Below the pieces are notes generated by a model, which did no database searches, was not told the DNA's origin, and was given only the letters and a program-made list of their open reading frames with translations. A stretch of 53,575 nt of DNA from a virus: positions 1-53,575 of the IMG/VR virus record IMGVR_UViG_3300009285_000009, one strand, 5' to 3'. The position numbers were made by a program, and so were the translations under genes. Of this stretch, positions 1-8,325 are shown in pieces (position 1 is the stretch's first letter; the number at the start of each line of letters is the position of its first letter).

Positions 1-77
1 TAAAAAGTGTCACGACAAAACTAAAAGAAAATCTATGTGAAATTATAATCATATCCGGGGAAGATAGAAGGGTAAAA
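1..77. repeat. 77-nt terminal direct repeat identical to 53499..53575 (assembly overlap of a circular or terminally redundant genome)
   Basis: taaaaagtgtcacgacaaaac...gatagaagggtaaaa opens and closes the window; unique length 53498 nt. Confidence 0.95.
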
Positions 78-79
78 CA

Positions 80-424
80 ATGAAAGACCTATTGCAATTA
101 AATCAATACCGGGTTACTTATAGAGGACTACTCGGCGATAATAAAAATGGTGCTTTTATATTATCAATCAAAGGTTATGACTATAAGATTATAGCAAGTA
201 ATGGCGGTGGATGGGAACACGTAAGCATATCACCGGTGGATGTTAAACGCCCACCGTCCTGGGATGTAATGTGCCGATTAAAGGAAATATTTTTTAATGA
301 TGACGAGGTGGTAATGCAATTACATCCGGCAAAGGCGGATTATATTAATAAGCATCCTAATTGTTTGCATCTATGGCGGCCTGATAACGGATTTATTCCG
401 ATGCCGCCGAAGGAGTTTGTTTAA
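80..424 (+). CDS. conserved phage protein of unknown function (GGWEHVS...CLHLW motif family)
   Basis: ATG 80 after agaaggg RBS; 114 aa; GGWEHVSISP, QLHP and NCLHLW motifs recur in many phage hypothetical proteins (recalled, not searched). Confidence 0.7.
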   Translation: MKDLLQLNQYRVTYRGLLGDNKNGAFILSIKGYDYKIIASNGGGWEHVSISPVDVKRPPSWDVMCRLKEIFFNDDEVVMQLHPAKADYINKHPNCLHLWRPDNGFIPMPPKEFV

Positions 425-425
425 T

Positions 426-1130
426 ATGGCATTAAATAAAGCACGGGGGAATATGTATGAATTCCTGAACGAAAACGGCAGAGGTTATACTTGGAATGTC
501 ATTAAGGGTATTTGCCCCCACGATTGTATTTATTGCTATATGAAACGATTCCCGCAGAAGGCATTACGATTTGATGAGCAGGAATTGAATACTAATCTGG
601 GTAAGGATAAATTTATATTTGTAGGGAGCAGTTGCGATATGTGGGCAACCGGAATACCAAACGAACAGATAAAAAGAGTGCTTGACCATTGTCTGAAATA
701 TCCAGATAATAAGTATTTATTCCAGAGCAAAAATCCATATAGATTCCAAACCTTCGCCTGTGCCTTTCCGTTAGGGTCAATATTGGCTACCACCATAGAA
801 AGCGATACCAATTATAAGATGGGTATTCCCGGAGTGGAAGAGCGGGCGAAAGAATTATGGAAAATGAAACAATCAGGATTTAAGACGATGGTCACGATAG
901 AGCCGATTATGGATTTTTCTGTATGGGGTTTTATTACTCTTATAAAACGATATGAACCTAATTGGGTTAATATCGGGGCTGATACCGGCAATAATAATCT
1001 GCCAGAACCATCTGGCACAAAATTAAGGGAATTCCTTGTGCAATTAAAGGCAAGCAAAATAGAGGTGAAACAGAAAAACAACCTGTCAAGATTACTATGG
1101 GATGAGGTGAAAAATGAACCAAGAAAATAA
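426..1130 (+). CDS. radical-SAM enzyme, SplB/DNA-photolyase-like candidate
   Basis: CxxxCxxC cluster motif in NVIKGICPHDCIYCYMKRF; track ORF begins at TTG 417, but ATG 426 follows the aaggag RBS and the stop of the previous gene. Confidence 0.7.
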   Translation: MALNKARGNMYEFLNENGRGYTWNVIKGICPHDCIYCYMKRFPQKALRFDEQELNTNLGKDKFIFVGSSCDMWATGIPNEQIKRVLDHCLKYPDNKYLFQSKNPYRFQTFACAFPLGSILATTIESDTNYKMGIPGVEERAKELWKMKQSGFKTMVTIEPIMDFSVWGFITLIKRYEPNWVNIGADTGNNNLPEPSGTKLREFLVQLKASKIEVKQKNNLSRLLWDEVKNEPRK

Positions 1131-1893
1131 CAATGCTTTAGTAACTCCAGCCCCGGCGATATTAGCAGTGGATGCGATATGGAATGGGAAATGCCGACCA
1201 ATGCCGTATACAACAGAGATGATAATAGCCAAGCGTGAGGGGCGCAAATGTATGACAAGGCGAACAAGGGGGCTGAATAAAATCAACGAAAACCCCGATG
1301 ACTGGGAATTATTTCTTGTATTCCCCGGCGATTCCCATACATTACCCCTTTGGAATTTCAGAAAAAAGAATGACCATAGCACTATTGAAATTATTAAATG
1401 CCCTTATGGGATAGTGGGAGACAGGTTATGGGTTAAAGAGACATATTCTGTGTCAGAGCCAGAAGAAGATACTGGTGTAATGGACGATAAGGGCAATTCT
1501 TTGCAGTGCATAGCATATAAAGCGGATACTAAAGATGAATTAGTAAACGGATATAAGTGGAAGCTCGGTATGTTTATGCCGAGATGGGCAAGCCGGATGA
1601 CCGATGAGATTGTATTAATCAGGTGCGAGCGGTTGCAGGAGATAACTGAATCCGATTGCAAAAAGGAAGGAATAGCAAGAATCGTTTATGGAATGAAAGT
1701 TACCGGTATAGATAAAACCGACAATGGGTTTACGGTTAGCGGTGATATTACAAATTCGTCCAACCTCATAAAAGATTATATGGAATTGTGGGATAAAATT
1801 AACGGCAAGAAATTGCCCAGTACGAGAAACCCGTGGCTTTTTGTTCTTGGAACTAAGCCAATATCAGGATATGAAGATAAAGCCAAAAGTTAA
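1114..1893 (+). CDS. conserved phage protein, ASCH/PUA-like candidate
   Basis: 259 aa; CPYGIVGDRLWVKETY and PRWASRMTDEIVLIRCERLQEITESDCKKEG resemble a phage family often labelled ASCH-domain; 17-nt overlap with upstream gene. Confidence 0.55.
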   Translation: MNQENNNALVTPAPAILAVDAIWNGKCRPMPYTTEMIIAKREGRKCMTRRTRGLNKINENPDDWELFLVFPGDSHTLPLWNFRKKNDHSTIEIIKCPYGIVGDRLWVKETYSVSEPEEDTGVMDDKGNSLQCIAYKADTKDELVNGYKWKLGMFMPRWASRMTDEIVLIRCERLQEITESDCKKEGIARIVYGMKVTGIDKTDNGFTVSGDITNSSNLIKDYMELWDKINGKKLPSTRNPWLFVLGTKPISGYEDKAKS

Positions 1894-2095
1894 AATAAGA
1901 AAATGCATCCCAACCAAGCGATGCAGATTTTACGGCGATGAAACGAAATGGTTGAAATTTCTGGCTAATGATAAGGGTAGCCCGATGATATATTGTATCC
2001 ATATTCTTAAAACTATTCCCAAAGAGGAATGCGGGAAGATAGCCCGATATATTAAAAAGGAACAACCGAAAAAGGGCAAAGATGAAAACGGCTAA
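1871..2095 (+). CDS. hypothetical small basic protein
   Basis: Track ORF starts at TTG 1841 inside the previous gene; first ATG is 1871 (MKIKPKV...); overlaps next gene by 14 nt. Confidence 0.4.
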   Translation: MKIKPKVKIRKCIPTKRCRFYGDETKWLKFLANDKGSPMIYCIHILKTIPKEECGKIARYIKKEQPKKGKDENG

Positions 2096-2513
2096 TATTA
2101 TATTTCTGATTATTGAAGGGCAGATTGTGCCATCCGGCAATACACTTACTATGCATTGGGCTAAAAGGGCAAAATTGATTGACAGATGGTATGAGATAAT
2201 CAGATGTGCCAATGGTAATATCGTATGGGAAAAACTACCTCAAGTAAAATGCCGGGTTACCGTAACAAGATACGCCCCAAGGATGTTGGATATAGCCAAT
2301 TTTACCCACGCTGTTGATAAACTTATTCTTGATAATATTAAATGCAATGTTAGGAAACGAATTCCAGTAAGAACGCCATCCGGCTATACCTATAAATCAT
2401 TTATAACCACAGGTTTGATATATGATGATAGCCCGAAATATCTTGACCTTATATTGAATCAACAACCAAGTGGGGGAAATCCCCGGATGGAAATTAAAGT
2501 AGAGAGGATATAA
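2082..2513 (+). CDS. RusA-like Holliday-junction resolvase candidate
   Basis: VPSGNTLTMHW, MLDIANFTHAVDKLILDNI and GLIYDDSPKYLD line up by eye with the RusA PPSxN / DLDNxxK..DAL / DD motifs. Confidence 0.55.
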   Translation: MKTANIIFLIIEGQIVPSGNTLTMHWAKRAKLIDRWYEIIRCANGNIVWEKLPQVKCRVTVTRYAPRMLDIANFTHAVDKLILDNIKCNVRKRIPVRTPSGYTYKSFITTGLIYDDSPKYLDLILNQQPSGGNPRMEIKVERI

Positions 2514-2514
2514 T

Positions 2515-2646
2515 ATGGAACAGATAATTATAAAAAACCAAGAGGAATTCAACAAGATACTTAGAGTTGAAAAAGACCAAGAGGTTATTTTTGAAGCAAC
2601 TAAAATCAGGATAAATGCCACAAATGGCTATAATATAGATATATGA
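2515..2646 (+). CDS. hypothetical 43-aa protein (below ORF-track cutoff)
   Basis: ATG 2515 two nt after previous stop, agagagga RBS; MEQIIIKNQEEFNKILRVEK... Confidence 0.3.
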   Translation: MEQIIIKNQEEFNKILRVEKDQEVIFEATKIRINATNGYNIDI

Positions 2647-2679
2647 CAACGGGAATGACTAAACTGAAAGCGGGATGAA

Positions 2680-2796
2680 ATGACGCTTTGTGTTAGGTGC
2701 GGAACAGCCAAGAGATATAAAAATAAAGTGACTTGCTATGGCTACGGCAAGGAATATAAAAAGCATCTATTCGTAAAAAAAGTGCGGAAGAAATAA
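2680..2796 (+). CDS. hypothetical 38-aa Cys-containing basic peptide
   Basis: ATG 2680, stop 2794-2796 four nt before next gene; MTLCVRCGTAKRYKNKVTCYGYG... Confidence 0.25.
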   Translation: MTLCVRCGTAKRYKNKVTCYGYGKEYKKHLFVKKVRKK

Positions 2797-2799
2797 GAT

Positions 2800-3663
2800 A
2801 TGAATGATATATTGAAATGCAATATGGCTAACATCAATTCGGATATTAATCTATTCGGGGAAAAGACCGATAGATTATCAATGCGGGAACGAATAGGATT
2901 CCTGCCGATAAGCATATGGCAACCTGATTGGTCAATCACTAAGAAACTGAAGGAAATCGTAGGGGATAACTCACAAACAAGGGAGGGCAAAACAAAAACC
3001 ACCTATAATACAGCTATAGGGAATAGGGATAGTAATATCTCTGTTTTCAATCCGCATTTAGCCCAGATGATATTATCAGCATATTGTCCGGCGAATGCTA
3101 ATATATACGACCCCTTCGCTGGCGGGGGAACAAGAGGATTCATTGCCGTAGCAATGGGGCATAAGTATAGCGGAAGCGAAATTAGGGCTGAAGAAGTAAA
3201 CAGGACAAACGAACAGATGAAGATTCTGAATAAGCCCTTTACCCTTAAATGCGAGGATAGCAGGATATACTCATTCGGGGAAGAAGAATTTGACTTCAGT
3301 TATACCTGCCCCCCATACTATAACCTTGAGGTATATTCTAAGATGCCGGGGGATATAAGCAATGCCGATACCTATGAACAATTCATTGCAATGCTTATGG
3401 ATTGTATGTCAGGGGTATACAAAGGGTTAAAGCATAATTCCCTATCTGTATGGGTAGTAGGGAACTTCAGAGATAAGCAGGGCTACCTTATCCCCTTCAA
3501 TAGCGATTTGATAAGGATAGCCGACAGCATAGGATTTAAGCTCCACGATGAATTGATATGGTGGGGAGCAAGCAAGTGTGCATCCCAACGATGCGGGCAA
3601 TTTGAAGCGAATAGAAAATCAGTCAGGGTTCACGAATATATCATAATTTTGAAGAAATCGTAA
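2800..3663 (+). CDS. DNA N6-adenine/N4-cytosine methyltransferase (motif I before motif IV)
   Basis: SAM motif IYDPFAGGGTRG followed about 65 aa later by catalytic CPPYYN (D/S/N-PPY variant). Confidence 0.8.
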   Translation: MNDILKCNMANINSDINLFGEKTDRLSMRERIGFLPISIWQPDWSITKKLKEIVGDNSQTREGKTKTTYNTAIGNRDSNISVFNPHLAQMILSAYCPANANIYDPFAGGGTRGFIAVAMGHKYSGSEIRAEEVNRTNEQMKILNKPFTLKCEDSRIYSFGEEEFDFSYTCPPYYNLEVYSKMPGDISNADTYEQFIAMLMDCMSGVYKGLKHNSLSVWVVGNFRDKQGYLIPFNSDLIRIADSIGFKLHDELIWWGASKCASQRCGQFEANRKSVRVHEYIIILKKS

Positions 3664-3692
3664 CCCGGCAGAATAGCGGAAGAACCGAGTTT

Positions 3693-4292
3693 ATGCCGAA
3701 GAAGATAAAAGCAAGGAAGAAGCCCTACGTAAGCGTAGCAGTAATACCGCCCATAGAAGAACGCAAGAAATGGCAAAGGGTTAATTGGGATACTGTAGCA
3801 TCAGCATATATTACCCGTGATGATTTGCCATCATATGATTACTTGGCTAAGGAATTCGGTATCCACGTAAGCAGTATGCAACGGGTAGCCCACAGAGAAG
3901 ATTGGATAACCCAGAGGAAGATATATTGGGAAAAGGTGGGCATAAAGATGCAGGAAAAGGCAAGCAATAAAGTAGCCGAAATGCGTGCTAAGAATATAGT
4001 TATAGCAAATAAGGCGTTAGAGTATCTGGGGGAATTATTACAGAATAAGTCATTGAATGGGTCTATTAGTGATATAGATAAGATTATCCGCACAATAGAA
4101 TACCTGAATGGCAATCCTGATAGCAGACCTGATGGCGGTGGCTCATTTGAAGAATTCCTTAAACGATTAAATGCTGAACGCAGGAAGGCATATAAGGATT
4201 CAATGGGAGTGAATAATGTGATTGATGTTACGGTAAGCAAAGGGGAAGACGATGATACTGGTAAAAGACCTGATAAGCCAGATAACAAATAG
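3693..4292 (+). CDS. terminase small subunit candidate
   Basis: Basic N-terminus, HTH-like YDYLAKEFGIHVSSMQRVAHRE, acidic tail; positioned upstream of the large terminase; positional call only. Confidence 0.5.
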   Translation: MPKKIKARKKPYVSVAVIPPIEERKKWQRVNWDTVASAYITRDDLPSYDYLAKEFGIHVSSMQRVAHREDWITQRKIYWEKVGIKMQEKASNKVAEMRAKNIVIANKALEYLGELLQNKSLNGSISDIDKIIRTIEYLNGNPDSRPDGGGSFEEFLKRLNAERRKAYKDSMGVNNVIDVTVSKGEDDDTGKRPDKPDNK

Positions 4293-4500
4293 GGCGGTAG
4301 GGTATATACCGTGCTTTGATGAATGGCTTCTGGCACATAAGGGTAAGCCGTTAGCCATAAGGCATAGTGTGATTAATAGGGTAAAGGATTGTATATGTGT
4401 TGCCGAGGTATATACGATAATCTGTAGTTGCAATGAATGCGGTGATGAATATACGGTGATATTGGAGTATAAAATAAATAATAATCCTATAAATACTTGA
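4252..4500 (+). CDS. hypothetical Cys-rich 82-aa protein
   Basis: ATG 4252 after aagggga RBS; overlaps previous gene by 41 nt; CICVAEV..CSCNECGDEY. Confidence 0.35.
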   Translation: MILVKDLISQITNRAVGYIPCFDEWLLAHKGKPLAIRHSVINRVKDCICVAEVYTIICSCNECGDEYTVILEYKINNNPINT

Positions 4501-4524
4501 CAAAACTAAAAATAAGTATAATAT
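4497..4524 (+). promoter_or_regulatory. sigma70-like promoter P0 (TTGACA-16 nt-TAATAT)
   Basis: -35 TTGACA 4497..4502, -10 TAATAT 4519..4524; upstream AATAAT..ACTTGACAA resembles the early-promoter box. Confidence 0.5.
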
Positions 4525-4527
4525 GGG

Positions 4528-4640
4528 TATTATGAGAGCAATGGGTATAACAGAAATAAAAATAAATCAAAGGGGGCGTGGTGCATTTCCTGTATCACAC
4601 AGAAAAACCTATTGCTCTCACAATAAGTAACCACGCTCCC
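4528..4640 (+). ncRNA. structured 5' leader with interleaved stems (pseudoknot-like), copy 1
   Basis: S1 4528..4542 pairs with 4611..4625 (14 bp, 1 mismatch). S2 4572..4582, inside the S1 loop, pairs with 4630..4640 (11 bp, one G-U). 4-nt junction. Confidence 0.45.
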
Positions 4641-4665
4641 ATTATCACTGAAAGGACACATATAT

Positions 4666-6369
4666 ATGATAGAATCCTTAACTTCCGAGCAGGAATTAAA
4701 ATTAAAAGAATACGAGGATAAGTGGACGGCAATCGGTCTGGATACTACGCAGTTTAATGAATCTATCGCAAGACCGATTATCAATAATTTGTATACCGAG
4801 ATATTAGATTACCCTAAAAACCCATTTTTATATATTGCCGAATCCCCGATAGAGGCGTGGTTTGCAGTGATGTTTTTGTATTCTATAATTGAGGACGCTA
4901 AGGTCTGGGATAAGGTCGGGGATAAGGTCGGGGCTAAGGTCGGGGCTAAGGTCAGGGCTAAGGTCGAGGCTAAGGTCAGGGATAAGGTCAGGGATAAGGT
5001 CGGGGATAAGGTCTGGGCTAAGGTCAGGGATAAGGTCGGGGATAAGGTCTGGGCTAAGGTCTGGGATAAGGTCAGGGATAAGGTCGGGGATAAGGTCTGG
5101 GCTAAGGTCTGGGATAAGGTCAGGGCTAAGGTCGGGGATAAGGTCAGGGCTAAGGTCTGGGCTAAGGTCGAGGCTAAGGTCGGGGATAAGGTCAGGGCTA
5201 AGGTCGAGGCTAAGGTCAGGGATAAGGTCAGGGATAAGGTCGGGGATAAGGTCTGGGCTAAGGTCAGGGATAAGGTCGGGGATAAGGTCTGGGCTAAGGT
5301 CTGGGATAAGGTCAGGGATAAGGTCGGGGATAAGGTCTGGGCTAAGGTCTGGGATAAGGTCAGGGCTAAGGTCGGGGATAAGGTCAGGGCTAAGGTCTGG
5401 GCTAAGGTCGAGGCTAAGGTCGGGGATAAGGTCAGGGCTAAGGTCGAGGCTAAGGTCAGGGATAAGGTCAGGGATAAGGTCGGGGATAAGGTCTGGGCTA
5501 AGGTCAGGGATAAGGTCGAGGCTAAGGTCAGGGATAAGGTCAGGGATAAGGTCGGGGATAAGGTCTGGGATAAGGTCTGGGCTAAGGTCAGGGCTAAGGT
5601 CTGGGCTAAGGTCGAGGCTAAGGTCGGGGATAAGGTCAGGGATAAGGTCTGGGATAAGGTCAGGGATAAGGTCGGGGATAAGGTCTGGGCTAAGGTCAGG
5701 GATAAGGTCGGGGATAAGGTCGAGGCTACTTTACCAAATTTTATATACCCCAACATAGATGGGAATTTCTCAGTAAATTATTTTGCTTTTTATGATTTTA
5801 TGCAGGAAGTAATTGGTGTTGAAATATATAATCTCGTAGGGTTATATAATATATACAAGGATACGACTAAATTATCGTTAATTTATCCCTTTGAGGATTG
5901 GTGTGTTGTATGCCAGAAGCCAACAATTATTAATCTTAAAAATAATGAACTTCACAAAGACGGAGGAATGGCTTTAGAATATAGCGATGGTTTTGGATTG
6001 TGGTGTCTTAACGGAACATCTGTAAGTCAAGAAATTGCAGAAACTCCGGCAGAGAAATTACCAGCCACTTTAGTATTGTCTGAAAAAAACGCAGAAGTTC
6101 GGCGTGAGATAGTCAGGAAAATAGGTATAGAGAGGGTCTGCAAAGACCTTAACTCCAAGATTATAGATACAGGAATAGACCATAAGGGCAACTTATGTGA
6201 ATTGCTTGTGCTTGATATTGGGGACGGCAGACAAAGACCATTTATCAAACTGGTAAATCCAAGTATCGGATGTTATCATATAGAGGGGGTGCATCCTGAT
6301 TGTGACACGATTGAAAAAGCATTTAACTTCAGGAATGGAACAATAGAAAAACCAATTTTATTAACTTAA
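4666..6369 (+). CDS. DUF6745-like protein carrying a 69-unit [D/A]-K-V-[G/R/W/E] tetrapeptide array
   Basis: aaagga RBS. N-terminal LTSEQELKLKEYEDKWTAIGLDTT; C-terminal LHKDGGMALEYSDGFGLWCLNG...NAEVRREIVRKIGIERVC, recalled from the bacterial DUF6745 family. Central perfect tetrapeptide periodicity. Confidence 0.85.
   Translation: MIESLTSEQELKLKEYEDKWTAIGLDTTQFNESIARPIINNLYTEILDYPKNPFLYIAESPIEAWFAVMFLYSIIEDAKVWDKVGDKVGAKVGAKVRAKVEAKVRDKVRDKVGDKVWAKVRDKVGDKVWAKVWDKVRDKVGDKVWAKVWDKVRAKVGDKVRAKVWAKVEAKVGDKVRAKVEAKVRDKVRDKVGDKVWAKVRDKVGDKVWAKVWDKVRDKVGDKVWAKVWDKVRAKVGDKVRAKVWAKVEAKVGDKVRAKVEAKVRDKVRDKVGDKVWAKVRDKVEAKVRDKVRDKVGDKVWDKVWAKVRAKVWAKVEAKVGDKVRDKVWDKVRDKVGDKVWAKVRDKVGDKVEATLPNFIYPNIDGNFSVNYFAFYDFMQEVIGVEIYNLVGLYNIYKDTTKLSLIYPFEDWCVVCQKPTIINLKNNELHKDGGMALEYSDGFGLWCLNGTSVSQEIAETPAEKLPATLVLSEKNAEVRREIVRKIGIERVCKDLNSKIIDTGIDHKGNLCELLVLDIGDGRQRPFIKLVNPSIGCYHIEGVHPDCDTIEKAFNFRNGTIEKPILLT
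4897..5724. repeat. 69 tandem copies of the 12-mer G[A/C]TAAGGTC[G/A/T][G/A]G with a 240-nt higher-order unit
   Basis: 828 nt / 12 = 69 units. 4947..5278 is identical to 5187..5518 (offset 240). All three forward/reverse frames are open as a consequence. Confidence 0.95.
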
Positions 6370-6385
6370 AAGAAAGGGGTATAAA

Positions 6386-6685
6386 ATGTTATACCAACAA
6401 GGCGATGTGATTTTGGAGACGGTGGAAATGATACCGGAAAACCTTAAAACCCATAATGGCGTAATCGCAGAGGGTGAAACTACCGGACACGCCCATCGGG
6501 TGGATTTGAGCGGAGTGGATGTATTCGTGGCTGATGATGGAACTCTTTATTGTGAGGCGATGAAAGAGTTTACCATAACCCACGAGGAACATAAACCCAT
6601 TACCTTGCCGAAGGGAAAATATAAGGTTCGTAAGGTGCTGGAATATGACCACTTTGCGGAGGAGGCAAGAGTGGTAAGGGATTAA
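6386..6685 (+). CDS. conserved small phage protein (QGDV...GETTGHAH motif), function unknown
   Basis: aaagggg RBS; 99 aa; the QQGDVIL and GETTGHAHRV pattern is common in phage hypothetical proteins (recalled). Confidence 0.7.
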   Translation: MLYQQGDVILETVEMIPENLKTHNGVIAEGETTGHAHRVDLSGVDVFVADDGTLYCEAMKEFTITHEEHKPITLPKGKYKVRKVLEYDHFAEEARVVRD

Positions 6686-6695
6686 AAAGTGGTGT

Positions 6696-8306
6696 ATGTT
6701 TAAGTTACCAGAATTAACAACGCCGATTGATTACCGCACATTAGGAAAATACGAAGATATATTCAAACGCCCGGCAAGGTATATCCAGAAATTCCTATGG
6801 ATTAAGAATAAGCATTCTGATATTATACCGTTTTTCTTTAATTCTACACAAGTAAGATACCGGCGGATGAAGCGGATAGAATTAGCAAAGGTCAGGGTTG
6901 TTAACCCTTACGCTAAACCGCATTACCTGGTGCTTAAATATAGGCAGGGCGGAATCACCACAGAGGAACAGGGTGAGAATTTTCATCTCATAGCAACAAA
7001 GGAAAACCAGAATTGCATAACACTGGCGCACGATAAGAAGACAACCGAAGAAATATTTGATATAGCCCAGTTATTTGACCGCAACCTTACGCCCGAAATA
7101 AGACCTAAACGGGACTGGGATAATAAGTCAGAGATAGAATATAAGGGGCTTAATTCCAAGTTTCATATCGGCACAGCGGGTAATACGAGTTTTGGCCGTG
7201 GGCAAACATTCCAAAGGGTTCATCTATCTGAAGTGCCGCTTTATGGCAGGAAAAAGCATCAACATACCATCAGCATATCTGACATACAGAATCTAATATC
7301 AGGCATACTCAGGGCGTGTCCTTATGGCGATGTGGTGGCAGAGGGGACAGGCCAGGGCGCAAAGGGGTGGTTTTATCAGACCTGGAATGAGGCGAAAAAG
7401 AGTAAGTGCCGAAATGGATGGATACCGATATTCCTGCCGTGGTTTATTGACCCACTGAATAGTATGCCATTATTATCCGGCGAGGATATAGAATATACCG
7501 ATGAGGAAAAGATATTAATCAGTAGGGCGAAGGAAAATTATGGCGTAGATATGAAACCGGAACAAATTAAATGGCGCAGGTTTATGAAAGAAGAGGAAAA
7601 ACTCTTTGACCAGGAATTCCCGGAGGACGATATTACGGCCTTTATGGTCTCCGGTTCATCCAAGTTTGATATGTTGATATTAAGGGATTTGGTTAAGGAT
7701 TGCGCCAATCCGGTTGAAGAAAAGATACTTGACGGCGGTAGTTTACTTCAGTGGGTTAAGCCGATAGCCGGTAGGCGGTATGTTATAGGCGCAGATGTAG
7801 GCGAGGGGCTGGCTAATTCTGATTACTCAACTGGGACGGTGCTGGATTACGAGACCTGCGAGCAGGTAGCCCGGCTAATGGGGCGATGGAAGCCGGAAGT
7901 ATTCGGGGTTAAACTGGCTAACCTGGGATTGATGTATAACAAGGCATTGATTGGAGTAGAGGCGAATAACCACGGACATAGCACTCTGAATACTTTGCTA
8001 AATACTTTACACTATCCACGATTATATTATCATAAGAACTATGACAATACTGGCGGCCAACAACTGGGCTGGCAGACCAATGCCAAGACGAGGGATTTAT
8101 TGATAGGCGAACTAAAAACAGCCATAGAAGAATACCTAATGAAAATAAATGATACAGAATTTATTGACCAGTGTATGACATTTCAGGATGATGGGACAGG
8201 CAAGTATCAGGCAGAAGAAGGTTGCTTTGACGATTTGGTTCTGGCATATGCAATTGCTTGGCAACTGCGAAAAGTCCACGGCATAAGTCCGAGAATAACC
8301 ACATAG
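6696..8306 (+). CDS. terL: terminase large subunit
   Basis: 536 aa; ATPase-type KYRQGGITTEEQ segment, LSEVPLYG, C-terminal nuclease-like IGADVGEG and FDDLVLAYAIA. Confidence 0.85.
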   Translation: MFKLPELTTPIDYRTLGKYEDIFKRPARYIQKFLWIKNKHSDIIPFFFNSTQVRYRRMKRIELAKVRVVNPYAKPHYLVLKYRQGGITTEEQGENFHLIATKENQNCITLAHDKKTTEEIFDIAQLFDRNLTPEIRPKRDWDNKSEIEYKGLNSKFHIGTAGNTSFGRGQTFQRVHLSEVPLYGRKKHQHTISISDIQNLISGILRACPYGDVVAEGTGQGAKGWFYQTWNEAKKSKCRNGWIPIFLPWFIDPLNSMPLLSGEDIEYTDEEKILISRAKENYGVDMKPEQIKWRRFMKEEEKLFDQEFPEDDITAFMVSGSSKFDMLILRDLVKDCANPVEEKILDGGSLLQWVKPIAGRRYVIGADVGEGLANSDYSTGTVLDYETCEQVARLMGRWKPEVFGVKLANLGLMYNKALIGVEANNHGHSTLNTLLNTLHYPRLYYHKNYDNTGGQQLGWQTNAKTRDLLIGELKTAIEEYLMKINDTEFIDQCMTFQDDGTGKYQAEEGCFDDLVLAYAIAWQLRKVHGISPRITT

Positions 8307-8325
8307 GATGAAAGAGGGGGGATAT

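Noticed and set aside
1-40. Partial ORF at the window start encoding ...KKCHDKTKRKSM*
   Set aside because: It is the duplicated 3' end of HNH gene 52873..53538 within the 77-nt terminal overlap, not a separate gene.
4897-5724. CRISPR array
   Set aside because: The units are 12 nt and contiguous, with no spacers, and lie in-frame within a coding sequence. No cas genes are present apart from a stand-alone Cas4-like nuclease 40 kb away.
4809-5758. Long ORFs 4889..5758 (+, RSGIRSGL repeats) and 4809..5756 (-, LTLSPTLAQT repeats)
   Set aside because: They exist only because the 12-nt repeat lacks stop codons in several frames. They have no RBS and no non-repetitive flanking domains, whereas frame 4666..6369 has an RBS and conserved-looking N- and C-terminal domains.
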